64,000 bases of DNA, from the NCBI GenBank assembly GCA_963667845.2, contig CAXXVL010000002.1, positions 160,001 through 224,000 of the forward strand, in the 5' to 3' direction. Position 1 is the first letter of the stretch. Each line of letters begins with the position of its first letter. A program made the position numbers and the translations under genes. Shown here piece after piece: positions 9,936-21,054 of the stretch. Origin of the DNA: Smithellaceae bacterium. GTDB taxonomy: Bacteria; Desulfobacterota; Syntrophia; Syntrophales; Smithellaceae. The notes under the pieces were generated by a model. That model was not told the origin of the DNA, ran no database searches, and worked only from the letters and a program-made list of their open reading frames with translations.

Positions 9936-12062
9936 ATGTGCGATGAAGCTCAGAACATAAAGTATCTTTTTGAACCTCGATCGATTGCAGTTATAGGGGC
10001 TTCAAAAGAGAAAAGTAAAATTGGCGGGGCCGTTTTGAATAATATCCTGTCGGGTGGATACGCAGGAAAGGTTTTTCCAATCAATCCTGCCGGAGGTGAA
10101 ATTCAAGGGATTAAGGGTTATAAAAACATTACGGATATTGGAGATAACATAGATGTTGCCGTTATCACGATTCCATCAAAATTCGTCTATGATTCAGCGA
10201 AGCAGTGCGCAGACTTAGGCGTTAAACACAGCATTATCATTACATCAGGATTTGCGGAAATAGGGAACTTAAAAGAGGAAAGAAGAATTGCCGACTATGC
10301 CGCTGAGAAGGGAATGCGCATCTTAGGGCCGAACGTATTCGGCGTCTACTCGGCTCATTCCCGCGTCAATACCACATTTGTTTCAGGAGTTATTCCGCCC
10401 GGCCATCTGGCTATGATTACGCAGAGCGGTGCCCTCGGCTTGACGCTGATCGGTATGGCGAGCATAGACAAAATCGGCATGTCCGCCATCGCATCGGTAG
10501 GTAATAAATCGGACATTGATGAATCCGATCTATTACAATATATCGTTGATGATGAGGCCTCACGGGTTATCCTGATGTACGTGGAAGGCGTACGGGACGG
10601 CGAAAAATTCATCCACGCAATGAAAAAGACGACCAGTAAAAAACCGGTCGTTATCATCAAGGCCGGCCGCTCGGAGAGGGGCAGCCGGGCGGCGGCCTCA
10701 CATACGGGTTCCCTGGCCGGTTCGGATGAAGTCTTTGATGATCTGATCAGGCAGTGCGGCGCCTTGAGAGCGGATAATCTCAAAGAAGCCTTCACTTGGT
10801 CAACACTTCTGGCGAATAACCCGCTTCCCAAGGGTGACAATACAGTCATTGTAACCAACGGCGGTGGCGCCGGTGTTATGGCGTCCGACGCCTGTGAAAA
10901 ATTCGGCGTCACACTTTATGACAATCCTGAAAGGTTAAAGAGTATTTTCTCTCACGTGACTCCGGAATTCGGTTCCACGAAAAATCCTATCGATTTGACC
11001 GGGTCAGCGGGAGGGAAGGAATATATCGATGCCTTCGATGCCGCTGCAGCTGACAAAGATATTGATTCTATTATAGGCATTTTTTGTGAAACGGCGATTA
11101 TTAGCGCCGATCACTTGGAGATGGGCATCGCTGGGGCCTATGAGAAGATTAAAGCTGCTGGGAAGACCATCGTCTTCTCGCTCATGGGCGGTGAAGCCAC
11201 GGCGGAGTATGGAAGGGCAGCGAGAAAAAGACAAATTCCTGTTGTTGAGGAAGTTTATGATTCCGTATCATCACTGGGTGCTGCATTTCGGTATAAGAAA
11301 TACTTGGAAGACGAGAGCCAATCAACAGAAATTATCGATACACCGGATTTTGACGTGGCATCGATCATCTCAATCGTGGACCAGGCAAAAAAGCAGGGCC
11401 GATACTTTCTTCTCGCCCCTGAAGCACAAAAGATCATGGATATTGCCGGGATTACGATTCCCAGAAGTATACCGGCCAGGACAATAAAGGATGCCGTCAA
11501 AGCAGCAAATGCCATCGGATATCCGGTCGTCATGAAAGTTGTCTCCAAGGACATCATTCATAAAAGCGATGCCGGTGGTATTGCTCTGGACCTGGAGAAT
11601 GAAAAAGAGATTGAAGACGCATATGGCGCCATTATTGAAAACTGCAAGGCATATGCCCCCTCTGCCTTGATTGAGGGCGTGGACATTTCGGAAATGGTGG
11701 GAGAGGGCATCGAATTAATCGTCGGTGCGCGTATCGATCACACTTTCGGTCCGATCGTGATGATCGGCCTCGGGGGAATATACGTGGAAGTCATGAAGGA
11801 TGTTTCTTTCCGGGCGGTTCCTTTGGATAAGACAGAAGTCATTCGGATGATTAAAGAAATTCGTTCCTATCCGCTGTTGTTGGGGGTGCGGGGAGAAAAG
11901 AGAAAAGATATAGAGTCTGTCATTACAACAATCATGAAACTGGGAATGATCATTCGTTATTGCAGAGGCATTGCGGATATTGAAATTAACCCATTAGTGG
12001 TCTATGAGCAGGGATCAGGCGCTAAGGCAGTTGATGTCAGAATCATTCTCACAAAAGAGTGA
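9936..12062 (+). CDS. ADP-forming acyl/acetate-CoA ligase, fused alpha-beta
   Basis: FEPRSIAVIGAS CoA-binding domain, AAASHTGSLAG phospho-His, TNGGGAG, ATP-grasp IIHKSDAGG and EINPL. Confidence 0.92.
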   Translation: MCDEAQNIKYLFEPRSIAVIGASKEKSKIGGAVLNNILSGGYAGKVFPINPAGGEIQGIKGYKNITDIGDNIDVAVITIPSKFVYDSAKQCADLGVKHSIIITSGFAEIGNLKEERRIADYAAEKGMRILGPNVFGVYSAHSRVNTTFVSGVIPPGHLAMITQSGALGLTLIGMASIDKIGMSAIASVGNKSDIDESDLLQYIVDDEASRVILMYVEGVRDGEKFIHAMKKTTSKKPVVIIKAGRSERGSRAAASHTGSLAGSDEVFDDLIRQCGALRADNLKEAFTWSTLLANNPLPKGDNTVIVTNGGGAGVMASDACEKFGVTLYDNPERLKSIFSHVTPEFGSTKNPIDLTGSAGGKEYIDAFDAAAADKDIDSIIGIFCETAIISADHLEMGIAGAYEKIKAAGKTIVFSLMGGEATAEYGRAARKRQIPVVEEVYDSVSSLGAAFRYKKYLEDESQSTEIIDTPDFDVASIISIVDQAKKQGRYFLLAPEAQKIMDIAGITIPRSIPARTIKDAVKAANAIGYPVVMKVVSKDIIHKSDAGGIALDLENEKEIEDAYGAIIENCKAYAPSALIEGVDISEMVGEGIELIVGARIDHTFGPIVMIGLGGIYVEVMKDVSFRAVPLDKTEVIRMIKEIRSYPLLLGVRGEKRKDIESVITTIMKLGMIIRYCRGIADIEINPLVVYEQGSGAKAVDVRIILTKE

Positions 12063-12116
12063 TCTGGTAAAAGTTATATATGAAACCATAATCGATTATA
12101 AATAGGAGTGATTCTG

Positions 12117-13166
12117 ATGGAACGATTAATTATTTCGTCCTTGCGACAAAGCGCTGGAAAAACCAGCCTGATCGTTGGTTTGGCAAAGGCGTTAAACATG
12201 AAGATGGGTTACATGAAACCCTTCGGAGAAAGATACCTTTATAAGAAGAAACGGCTTTGGGATTATGATGCTGCCCTCATTACCCAAATATTCAATATGG
12301 AGGACAATCCAAAAGAGATGAGCATCGGGTTTCATCATCTTCAATTGTTTTATGCTTTGAATGAGGATGCTATAAGAGCAAAGCTCCTGGATACGTTTCA
12401 ATTTTTAAGCAACAATAAGGACATTTTTTTCGTGGAGGAAGGGAATGACATTTCTTACGGAACATCTGTACATTTGGATGCCAGAACCGTGACAAAAGAT
12501 CTGGATGGGCAGCTCTTGCTTGTGGTCAGCGGCAATGAAAATACGATCGTTGATGATATTGGTTTCATTGCTACAGGACTGGTCCTGGATCGCACGCATT
12601 TCAAAGGGGTCGTCATCAACAAAGTGACCAATATGCAGGACTTTGCCGACAGCTATTTGCCGATTATTAAGAAGATGGAAGTTCCGATCCTGGGGATTTT
12701 GCCTTATTGCCCCGAATTGACATACTTCAGCGCTGAATATCTCGCCGATCGGATCTTCGCCAAAGTACTGGCAGGCGAATCCGGATTGCAGCATCAAATT
12801 CGGAATACCTTGGTTGGTTTTGTCGGTGCGGATGCGGCTGTTCAAAGCAGTTTATTTGAAGACCGCCATAAAGCGCTGGTTGTCAGTGGGGAACGCAGTG
12901 ATTTGATTTTGAAGGCCATCGAATACCGCATCGCCGCCGTCATTCTAACCAATAATGTTATTCCGTCTCCTGCAATTATATCCCAGGCCGAAAACGCGGG
13001 TGTTCCTCTTCTTCTGGTTCCCGCTGATACGATCGAGACGGCAAGGCAAATTGATGGTATTGAACCTTTGACGACGAGCAAAGACACAGGAAAGATTGCC
13101 CTTATCGAAAGGATGGTGCGGGAAAATATAGATATTCAGCGCATAATCCAGAAAGCTTCGTTGTAA
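12117..13166 (+). CDS. Phosphotransacetylase N-terminal-like protein (BioD-like P-loop + DRTGG domain), no catalytic PTA domain
   Basis: SAGKTSLIVGL, GYMKPFG, GVVINKV and the DRTGG-like segment VVSGERSDLIL. Confidence 0.82.
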   Translation: MERLIISSLRQSAGKTSLIVGLAKALNMKMGYMKPFGERYLYKKKRLWDYDAALITQIFNMEDNPKEMSIGFHHLQLFYALNEDAIRAKLLDTFQFLSNNKDIFFVEEGNDISYGTSVHLDARTVTKDLDGQLLLVVSGNENTIVDDIGFIATGLVLDRTHFKGVVINKVTNMQDFADSYLPIIKKMEVPILGILPYCPELTYFSAEYLADRIFAKVLAGESGLQHQIRNTLVGFVGADAAVQSSLFEDRHKALVVSGERSDLILKAIEYRIAAVILTNNVIPSPAIISQAENAGVPLLLVPADTIETARQIDGIEPLTTSKDTGKIALIERMVRENIDIQRIIQKASL

Positions 13167-13352
13167 GGTCCGGGATGACCGGCAGACTTGAACCTCGTGT
13201 CTGACCTGATGACAAATCATCTCGCAAGAAGTGGCAAGTGCAGAAAATCGTCGACAAGCAAGTTAGAAAAAGAGAAACGGAAGCGAAGCAGATATGAACA
13301 ACCCTCCATTTAATGGAGTATATTTTAAAAATCGAAGGGAAGCACGCCTGAC

Positions 13353-15242
13353 GTGCCTACGGTAACGAATTTGCTTGAATATTGGAAAAACAAATATCCC
13401 GAAAAGTTTGCCGATGAAGATACGGTTTTCCAGCATATCCACAGGGGAAACACGATATTCATCAGCTCGGCCTGCGCGGAGCCCCGGTATCTCGTGCAGC
13501 GAATGGTCGACTATGCCGAAGCGAAGCCCCAGGCATTTTACGATGCTGAAGTGATTCACGTGAACTCGCTCGGAATCGCACCGTATACGGGATTGAAAGT
13601 CAAGTCAAAGTTCAGGCATAACTCGTTCTTCATCAGCAACGCCACGCGGGATGCCGTCAACGAAGGGCGCGCCGATTATACACCGATATCCTGGTCCCAG
13701 GTCCCTGATTTGTTCTATCGGGGCCTCATGCGGATCGATGTCGCTCTGATTCAGACATCCCTGCCGGATAAGCAAGGATTCGTCAGCCTCGGCATCAGTG
13801 TGGACATCGGCAAAGCGGCGTTGGCGAATGCGTCCTGCATCATTGCACAAGTGAACGCGCAAATGCCGCGCGTTCATGGCGACACCTTCATCCATCTGGA
13901 CAAGATTAATTATATTATTCCTCATGATGATCCTCTCCTGGAATACACGCCCGCGGCAGATACGGATACCGTCCAGAAGATTGGAAAATACGTTGCACGA
14001 CTGGTAGAGGACGGCGATACTATCCAGGTTGGGTACGGATCCATACCGAGTGCCATTCTGGCGAATCTATCGGGGAAAAAGCATCTCGGCATTCACACGG
14101 AGTTTTTCAGCGACGGTCTTGTCGACTTGATTAAAAAGGGGGTCGTCGACAATACTCAAAAGACCATCAACCGCCATAAGTCGGTGGCATCGTTTTGCAT
14201 GGGCCATAAAGAGACCTATGAATTTGTCGATGATAATCCGGCCATCGAATTCAGACCGATAGACTATACGAATAATATCATGGTCATCGCTCAGCATGAA
14301 AATATGGTCGCCATTAATAGTGTTTTGGAAATAGACCTGACCGGGCAAGCCACAGCGGCATCCATTGGAAGGGTATTTTATAGCGGTGTTGGCGGGCAGT
14401 CCGACTTCATGCGGGGGGCTGATTTATCCAAAAACGGCAAAGTCATTCTTGCTGTGCAATCCACGGCAGAAGGAGGTAAGGTATCGCGGATTACGCCGAC
14501 CCTGACACCGGGAGCCGGAGCCACTGTAACACGTTACGATGTCCATTATGTCGTTACGGAATACGGAATCGCCTACCTGCACGGGAAAAACATCCGGGAA
14601 CGGGCCATGGACCTCATCGCCATCGCCCATCCGAAATTCAGGCTTTGGCTAATTGAAGAGGCGAAAAAAGCAGGGTTGATTTATCAAGATCAAGCATTTA
14701 TTCCGGGAGAAAAAGGAAAGTATCCTGAGGAACTGGAAACGACCAGAATCACAAAAACGGGCCTTCGCATTTTCTTCCGACCTATTAAAATCAGTGATGA
14801 GTCTTTATTGCAGGACTTTCTTTATTCTCTGTCCGATAACAGCCTTTACCGCCGCTTTATTTCCATCCGCAGGGATATGCCCCACGAACGGATTCAGGAA
14901 TTTGTCGTGATCGACTATACGAAAGAGACGGCGATTCTGGCGATCATTGGTGATGATCGGATGCAAAAGATTGTTGGTGTAGGGAGATTCTTTGTTGATG
15001 ACGTGAGACACGTTGCCGAGGTCGCGTTTGCGGTCCGTGATAATTACGCCAATAAAGGCATTGGTACGGAATTACTGTCCTACCTGACTTATCTTGCAAA
15101 ACGGCAGGGCCTTCTGGGATTTACCGCCGACGTCCTGATAGAAAACAGGCCCATGCTGCACGTATTTGAAAAAGGCGGCTTTGATATTGCAAAACAGAGT
15201 ACGGCCGGTATTTACAGTATGACCATGGCCTTCAGGAGATAA
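13353..15242 (+). CDS. Acetyl-CoA hydrolase/CoA-transferase fused to C-terminal GNAT acetyltransferase
   Basis: SLGISVD, TIQVGYG, LGIHTEFFSDG (catalytic Glu present), GVGGQSDFMRGA and VTEYG. GNAT part AEVAFAVRDNYANKGIGT. Confidence 0.92.
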   Translation: MPTVTNLLEYWKNKYPEKFADEDTVFQHIHRGNTIFISSACAEPRYLVQRMVDYAEAKPQAFYDAEVIHVNSLGIAPYTGLKVKSKFRHNSFFISNATRDAVNEGRADYTPISWSQVPDLFYRGLMRIDVALIQTSLPDKQGFVSLGISVDIGKAALANASCIIAQVNAQMPRVHGDTFIHLDKINYIIPHDDPLLEYTPAADTDTVQKIGKYVARLVEDGDTIQVGYGSIPSAILANLSGKKHLGIHTEFFSDGLVDLIKKGVVDNTQKTINRHKSVASFCMGHKETYEFVDDNPAIEFRPIDYTNNIMVIAQHENMVAINSVLEIDLTGQATAASIGRVFYSGVGGQSDFMRGADLSKNGKVILAVQSTAEGGKVSRITPTLTPGAGATVTRYDVHYVVTEYGIAYLHGKNIRERAMDLIAIAHPKFRLWLIEEAKKAGLIYQDQAFIPGEKGKYPEELETTRITKTGLRIFFRPIKISDESLLQDFLYSLSDNSLYRRFISIRRDMPHERIQEFVVIDYTKETAILAIIGDDRMQKIVGVGRFFVDDVRHVAEVAFAVRDNYANKGIGTELLSYLTYLAKRQGLLGFTADVLIENRPMLHVFEKGGFDIAKQSTAGIYSMTMAFRR

Positions 15243-15298
15243 TACATTCTGAAAGGCCTATACACTCGCTTGATTCAGAACATCGGGAGCCGCCGCAT

Positions 15299-15480
15299 CC
15301 AGGGCATAAAGCCTTCGACCACTCTGGAATCTCTGGCCAAGCTCGAACCGGTCTTCATCAAAGACGAAAAAGGCACGGTTAAGGCCGGCAACGCAAGCCA
15401 GACCAACGACGCGGCGGCTGCGTGATTGTCGCCAGCAAATCGATGTGCAAGAAGCTGGGATTAAAACCCAAGATGAAGCT
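15299..15480 (+). pseudogene. Internal thiolase fragment, near-identical to 2825-3007
   Basis: Direct alignment shows ~180 bp matching the thiolase gene with a few substitutions and a 1-nt deletion. No start and no flanking homology. Confidence 0.9.
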
Positions 15481-15715
15481 TGTGACTTTAAGAAGTCCTG
15501 ATGTTGTGAATTACAATTTGATACAAAAGAATAGTCGACAAGATCTGCGAGATTCACAGATTATGCAATTTCCGTTTGGATTAATTTGAACGGCAACTCT
15601 TTTTAGCAGTAACCCATCTTTGAGAGCATGGTCTTCTTTACATGATCATGGCTCTGGCGCAAAACCCATTGGTTAGAACCCATGCTCCCAAAAGATGAGT
15701 GGCTTTGGCATTTTT

Positions 15716-17254
15716 CTATTTAGGCTTCTCGCCGCGCAGGACATTCTTGAGAACTTTCTGCATGGCATTCTTCGGCAATGCGTCCACAAATTCGACGATG
15801 GCCGGCTTCTTATAGCTGGCCAGCTTTTCCCGGCAATAATCCATGATCTCCTCTGAAGTTGCCTGCTGTCCGGGTTTAAGAATAATAACCGCCTTGACGA
15901 TCTCTCCCCAATAATCATCAGGAACACCCACGACAGCTGATTCCAGGATTTTGGGATGGCTGTGCAGCACATTCTCAATTTCCACGGGGTAGATGTTTTC
16001 CCCGCCGCGGATAATCATGTCTTTTTTTCTACCGGCAAGGTAGAGATAACCATCTTCATCCATGCTGGCCAGATCACCCGTATGCAGCCACCCTCCGCGC
16101 AGAGTTTCCTCCGACGCTTCCGGCTTGTCCCAATAACCCTTCATGACTTTTTTGCCGCGGGCAATGATTTCACCGACGGTACCGATCGGCACATCCTGAT
16201 CCTGATCATCCACGATGCGGACCTCACCTTCGGGAATACAATGACCGATGCTGCCCAGGTGTTTTGTTTTTTTCGCTATCTCCTCCGGGCTGCCTTCCAG
16301 GACATGATCTTCGGGAGAGAGCACGGAAATAATTCCCGTAGACTCCGTCATGCCGAAAAAATTCGTATAGTCGGCCTGAAGGAGTTTTTTGGCTTGCAGG
16401 AGAAGCTTCACGGGCATGGGGGAGGCACCATAGCCGATGTTTCTTAAAGAGCTGAGGTCTTTCTTCGGAAAATCCGGATGATCAAGGATGCCCTGAAGCA
16501 TGGTGGGAACCAGATAGGTCGTGGCCACTTTCTCTTTTTCGATGATATCCAGACAGGCCCCCGTCTCGAACTGCGGAAGGATGACCTGGGTGTCTCCCCG
16601 GTAGAGGGGAAGCAAAGTGCTGACGACGCCGGCAATATGATACATGGGAACGTTCAAGAGCAATGTCCCCGCAGCGAAAGTGTACCGGTCCGTGATGGGG
16701 GTCTCGACATTGGCATGAGTCAGCATGGCGCCCTTCGGGAAGCCCGTTGTTCCACTGGTGTAGATTAGGCAGGCCGTGTCGCTCTCCTGAACGGGTACGC
16801 TGGGGAAAGGGGCTGGCGACTGCTGTGAAAGCAGGAGTTCGTAACTTTCCATATCCGCCGCAGGCTCTCCGATAACCACATAATGTTTGACGGATGACAG
16901 ATTGGCCCGGATGCCGTTGACAAGATCTACATAGCGATCGCCTAAAATCAGAACTTTCGGTGTGCAATTATTCAGGATGTAGGAAACTTCGTCGCCACGC
17001 AGCCTGAAATTCAGATTGGCGGAAATCCCGCCGACTTTGCCGATGGCGTATGTTATTTCGCAAAATTGAAAACAATTGGTCTGAAAGACCGCTACACGGT
17101 CACCGGGTTTAACGCCCATTTTAGTCAAGGCCCTGGCCAGGCGGTCTGCCCGTTCCTCCATCTGTTTGAAGGTTAACCGTACCTCGTCATGGACGACACA
17201 AATTTTATCGGGACATGTTTTACAGGTCTTTTCGACGATCGAAGCGAAATTCAT
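15716..17254 (-). CDS. AMP-forming long-chain acyl-CoA ligase
   Basis: YTSGTTGFPKG, FGMTE, GWLHTGDL, KDMIIRGGENIYP and LPKNAMQKVLK. Confidence 0.93.
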   Translation of the reverse strand: MNFASIVEKTCKTCPDKICVVHDEVRLTFKQMEERADRLARALTKMGVKPGDRVAVFQTNCFQFCEITYAIGKVGGISANLNFRLRGDEVSYILNNCTPKVLILGDRYVDLVNGIRANLSSVKHYVVIGEPAADMESYELLLSQQSPAPFPSVPVQESDTACLIYTSGTTGFPKGAMLTHANVETPITDRYTFAAGTLLLNVPMYHIAGVVSTLLPLYRGDTQVILPQFETGACLDIIEKEKVATTYLVPTMLQGILDHPDFPKKDLSSLRNIGYGASPMPVKLLLQAKKLLQADYTNFFGMTESTGIISVLSPEDHVLEGSPEEIAKKTKHLGSIGHCIPEGEVRIVDDQDQDVPIGTVGEIIARGKKVMKGYWDKPEASEETLRGGWLHTGDLASMDEDGYLYLAGRKKDMIIRGGENIYPVEIENVLHSHPKILESAVVGVPDDYWGEIVKAVIILKPGQQATSEEIMDYCREKLASYKKPAIVEFVDALPKNAMQKVLKNVLRGEKPK

Positions 17255-17285
17255 GACATCTCCTTTGATTCATTTCTTGATTCAT

Positions 17286-17315
17286 AAAAAAGGACGGCAA
17301 GCCTGCCGTCCTTTT
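17286..17315 (-). terminator. Rho-independent terminator
   Basis: AAAAAAGGACGGCA-AGCC-TGCCGTCCTTTT directly after the stop of 17328-18662. Confidence 0.75.
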
Positions 17316-17327
17316 CCGGAACCGCTG

Positions 17328-18662
17328 TTATTTTCTCCCGTTAAGGATCGGAGGGGTGCACAGGGCCTGGGGAATGGTGACAACCTCACCCCAACTCGCG
17401 TTATGATCAAACCATTTATTGGGCATGACGAGTTCGGATAAGTAGATATCGCCGAGCATCAGGTGGTCCTGGGGCCGCATATACAAAGGACCAATAATGG
17501 AATTGTATTTGTATCCCTCCCAGGTTTTAATAATTTTTTCGGAATTGGTCGTTCCCGCTTTTTGCATCACATCAAAAAGCCAGTAGAGACTGATGACGCC
17601 GCTTCCCACAAAACCGATCGGCCATCTATAAAATTCAGTATCGTAAGGCTTGCTCCATTTCTTCCACTGTTTGTTCCAGAGTTCGGTGAACTTTTTGTTT
17701 GCAGGGGTGTTGATCGCGGGAATATATGCCTGGATTAGGATATTCCCAACGCCGGCATTGCCGCCAATACCTTTAAGCGTATTGGGGTCATCCAGGTATA
17801 TGCTGGAAATGGGCACCTTCAGGCCGAACTGTCTTGCTTGCTTCTGCAGATTTTCATTGTCTGCGGCCCATGCCTGGGTGATGATAGCATCGGCGCCGGA
17901 TGCCTTAATCTTGGTCAGATAAGGCGCAAAATCCTTGACGAAAAGGGGGAAAAAATCTTCGCCGACGATCTGTGCCTCCGGCTTATACTTCTTGATGGCG
18001 GCCTTGAATGTTTCAGCATAGGCATGGCCGTATGCATAATCCTGGCAGATGATATAAAACTTTTTTTCCGGGCGCTTGGTATAGTATTGGGCAAGGGCGA
18101 GGGTCCACTGCGTCGTATTGGGAGCCATGACCTGAAAGACGTAGGGATTCCAGTTCTTTTCGTCCAGAAGCATATCTGAAAACGAGGTATTGTTCATGAA
18201 AATTTTCTTGTGCAAACCGGCCATCATTTGGCCGACGAGGGTAATATGAGTCCCGGAAGTTCCCACCAGGGCATCGACTTTATCTTCCAGAATGAGCCTT
18301 TCCATGACCTTTTTTGCAATGTCAGGTTTAACCTGCGTATCTCCTTTGAAGATCTGGATTTTCTTCATTTTCCCGTCAACGAGAATTCCCCCTTGCGTAT
18401 TAATGTCATGGGCAACCCAGGCCGCAGCCAGATAAAATAATTCGCCGCTTATGGACCCCGGTCCACTGAAAGGGTTAACAACCCCTATCTTAATCGTATC
18501 CCCCGTAACAGGGGTATCCGATTTGCCGGGAATAAAGGTAGACATGTCTCCCTTAAGCGGCTGAAAAGCCATCGCGGCATTCCAATTGAAGCTACAGGTG
18601 AAGAAAAGAAACAAAGAAACGGCTGCTATGATCCTGCATCGATGAACCAAAGACCTTTGCAT
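17328..18662 (-). CDS. ABC substrate-binding protein, LivJ/K-like (orphan), paralog of 6857-8341
   Basis: Signal peptide, IKIGVVNPFSGPG, DINTQGGILVDGK, CQDYAYG and DFAPYLTKIKASGAD. Confidence 0.88.
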   Translation of the reverse strand: MQRSLVHRCRIIAAVSLFLFFTCSFNWNAAMAFQPLKGDMSTFIPGKSDTPVTGDTIKIGVVNPFSGPGSISGELFYLAAAWVAHDINTQGGILVDGKMKKIQIFKGDTQVKPDIAKKVMERLILEDKVDALVGTSGTHITLVGQMMAGLHKKIFMNNTSFSDMLLDEKNWNPYVFQVMAPNTTQWTLALAQYYTKRPEKKFYIICQDYAYGHAYAETFKAAIKKYKPEAQIVGEDFFPLFVKDFAPYLTKIKASGADAIITQAWAADNENLQKQARQFGLKVPISSIYLDDPNTLKGIGGNAGVGNILIQAYIPAINTPANKKFTELWNKQWKKWSKPYDTEFYRWPIGFVGSGVISLYWLFDVMQKAGTTNSEKIIKTWEGYKYNSIIGPLYMRPQDHLMLGDIYLSELVMPNKWFDHNASWGEVVTIPQALCTPPILNGRK

Positions 18663-18863
18663 TTGCTACCTCCAATTTAATAAGGTTATGAAAATTTAAT
18701 ATCGATATCTGATAAGACGTCAACAAATACCGCTATCCTCTGAAAGCTTAATCTGGAAGATTGCACCTTCCTCCTGCATTCAATGCGTTGAGGAATAAAC
18801 TTAAGAACGCAGCAAACAATCTTGCGTCCAGCGTGCCTCTCATGACCGTTCCCCGCCTTTGTT

Positions 18864-20996
18864 TTACAAGTACTTCTCTTCCAGGAGCTGCAATACCTTG
18901 TCCGCCGAGTCGGTGACGGCGGTGCCGGGGCCGAAGATGCCTTTGACGCCTTTTTCATAAAGGAAGTCATAATCCACAGGCGGAATCACACCGCCCACCA
19001 CCACGATGATATCTTCTCCGCCCATTTTCTTCAACTCACCAATCAACATCGGAACCAGCGTCTTGTGCCCCGCGGCCAGACTCGAAACGCCCACCACATG
19101 CACGTCGTTTTCAATAGCCATTTTGGCGGCCTCTTCCGGCGTCTGGAACATCGGACTGATATCCACATCAAAGCCGATATCGGCATAAGCCGTCGCCACC
19201 ACTTTGATGCCCCGGTCGTGGCCGTCCTGCCCCATTTTGGTCACGAGCTGCCGCGGGCGGCGGCCCGTTTTCTCCATAAATCTTTCCGTCCGCTGCCTCA
19301 GGGCATCAATGACCTCACTGTCGCCGTATTCGGAAGCGTACGCGCCGGAGATAACCCGCGTTGTGGCGACATAGCGGCCGAAGACTTTTTCCAAAGCGTC
19401 GGAGACTTCACCCACGGTGGCCCGCAGTCTGACGGCAACGATTGCTGCTTCCAAAAGGTTTCCGCCCTTTTCGGCGATCGTTGTGATCTTTTCCAGGGCT
19501 TTGCCCACCGCCTGGTTGTCGCGTTTCGCTTTGATCTCCCTGAGCCTCGCGATCTGCTCATCACGAACGTTGCTGGAGATGTCCAGGACTTCGATGGGGA
19601 CTTCATCTTTGACTTTGTATTTGTTGACCCCGACGATGGTGTCTTTGCCCTGGTCGATCCTCGCTTGCCTTCGCGCGGCGGATTCCTCGATTCTCATCTT
19701 CGGCATGCCGGTTTCAATGGCCCGGGCCATGCCGCCCAGTTCTTCGATTTCATCCATGATCTTCTGCGCCTCTTTGATGATCGACGCGGTTAAGGATTCC
19801 ACATAATAGGAGCCGCCCAGGGGGTCAACCACATGGCAGACCTGGGACTCTTCCTGGATGATGATCTGGGTGTTGCGGGCAACCCGCGCGGATAAAGGCG
19901 TGGGCAGGCTCACGGCTTCGTCAAACGAGTTGGTGTGGAGCGACTGTGTGCCGCCCAAAGCTGCGGCCAGAGCTTCCAGGGTGGTCCGGATGATGTTGTT
20001 GTAGGGGTCCTGCTGCGTCAGGCTCCAGCCGGAGGTCTGGACGTGGGTTCTCAAGACCTGGGACCGGGGGTTAAGCGGGTGGAATTCGCCCACAATCTTA
20101 TGCCACAGATAACGGGCGGCGCGCAGCATGGCGATTTCCATAAAAAAGTTCATGCCCACGCCGAAGAAGAACGAAAGCCTCGGAGCAAAGTCATCGATCT
20201 TCAGTCCGCCGTCGATGGCGGCGCGGACATACTCCTTCCCGTCGGCCAGGGTAAAGGCGGTCTGCAAAACGGAGTCCGCCCCCGCTTCCATAATATGGTA
20301 GCCGCTGATGGAGACGGTGTTATACCGGGGCATGTGCTTCGAACAGTAGGAAATGATATCCGAGACAATCCGCATGGACGGTCTCGGTGGATAGATATAC
20401 GTATTGCGGGTGAGGAATTCTTTCAGGATATCGTTCTGGATGGTGCCGGCAAGTTTGCTCTGTTCGACGCCCTGCTCTTCGGCGGCAACAATATATCCGG
20501 CCAGAACCGGCAGCACGGCCCCGTTCATGGTCATGGAGACGGACACTTTCTCCAGGGGGATTTTGTCAAAGAGGATTTTCATGTCTTCAACAGAATCGAT
20601 CGCCACGCCGGCCTTCCCGACATCGCCCGCGACGCGGGGGTGGTCGGAGTCATAGCCCCGGTGGGTGGCAAGGTCAAAAGCCACGGACAGCCCGGTTTGT
20701 CCGGCGGCCAGATTTTTCCTGTAAAACTCATTCGATTCCCTGGCTGTGGCAAAACCCGCGTACTGCCGGATCGTCCAGGGCTGGTTGGCGTACATGGTCG
20801 CCGAAGGGCCCCGCAAATACGGCGGCAGACCCGACAACGTATTCACGGTATCGAGGCCTTCCAGGTCCTCCGCGGTATAAATCGGCTTCACGGTGATCCC
20901 TTCCGGCGTTTCCCAGTCAAGCGCCTCCAGGGGCCGTCCCTTTAACTCCTTAATGGCTGTTTCTTTCCATTTCTTCATGTTCTTGTGTGCGGTCAC
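18864..20996 (-). CDS. scpA: Methylmalonyl-CoA mutase (B12-dependent, single chain)
   Basis: [48 protein letters not shown] and the B12 motif [11 protein letters not shown] start after AAGGAG. Confidence 0.96.
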   Translation of the reverse strand: MTAHKNMKKWKETAIKELKGRPLEALDWETPEGITVKPIYTAEDLEGLDTVNTLSGLPPYLRGPSATMYANQPWTIRQYAGFATARESNEFYRKNLAAGQTGLSVAFDLATHRGYDSDHPRVAGDVGKAGVAIDSVEDMKILFDKIPLEKVSVSMTMNGAVLPVLAGYIVAAEEQGVEQSKLAGTIQNDILKEFLTRNTYIYPPRPSMRIVSDIISYCSKHMPRYNTVSISGYHIMEAGADSVLQTAFTLADGKEYVRAAIDGGLKIDDFAPRLSFFFGVGMNFFMEIAMLRAARYLWHKIVGEFHPLNPRSQVLRTHVQTSGWSLTQQDPYNNIIRTTLEALAAALGGTQSLHTNSFDEAVSLPTPLSARVARNTQIIIQEESQVCHVVDPLGGSYYVESLTASIIKEAQKIMDEIEELGGMARAIETGMPKMRIEESAARRQARIDQGKDTIVGVNKYKVKDEVPIEVLDISSNVRDEQIARLREIKAKRDNQAVGKALEKITTIAEKGGNLLEAAIVAVRLRATVGEVSDALEKVFGRYVATTRVISGAYASEYGDSEVIDALRQRTERFMEKTGRRPRQLVTKMGQDGHDRGIKVVATAYADIGFDVDISPMFQTPEEAAKMAIENDVHVVGVSSLAAGHKTLVPMLIGELKKMGGEDIIVVVGGVIPPVDYDFLYEKGVKGIFGPGTAVTDSADKVLQLLEEKYL

Positions 20997-21054
20997 GGTT
21001 TAGCTCCTTTATTAAAATTCAAACATCCTGTTTCCTGTTGCAACGAAAGCACCG

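Noticed and set aside
15299..15480. Thiolase duplicate as a diversity-generating-retroelement template/variable pair
   Set aside because: Differences are not confined to adenines, include a deletion, and no reverse transcriptase is present.
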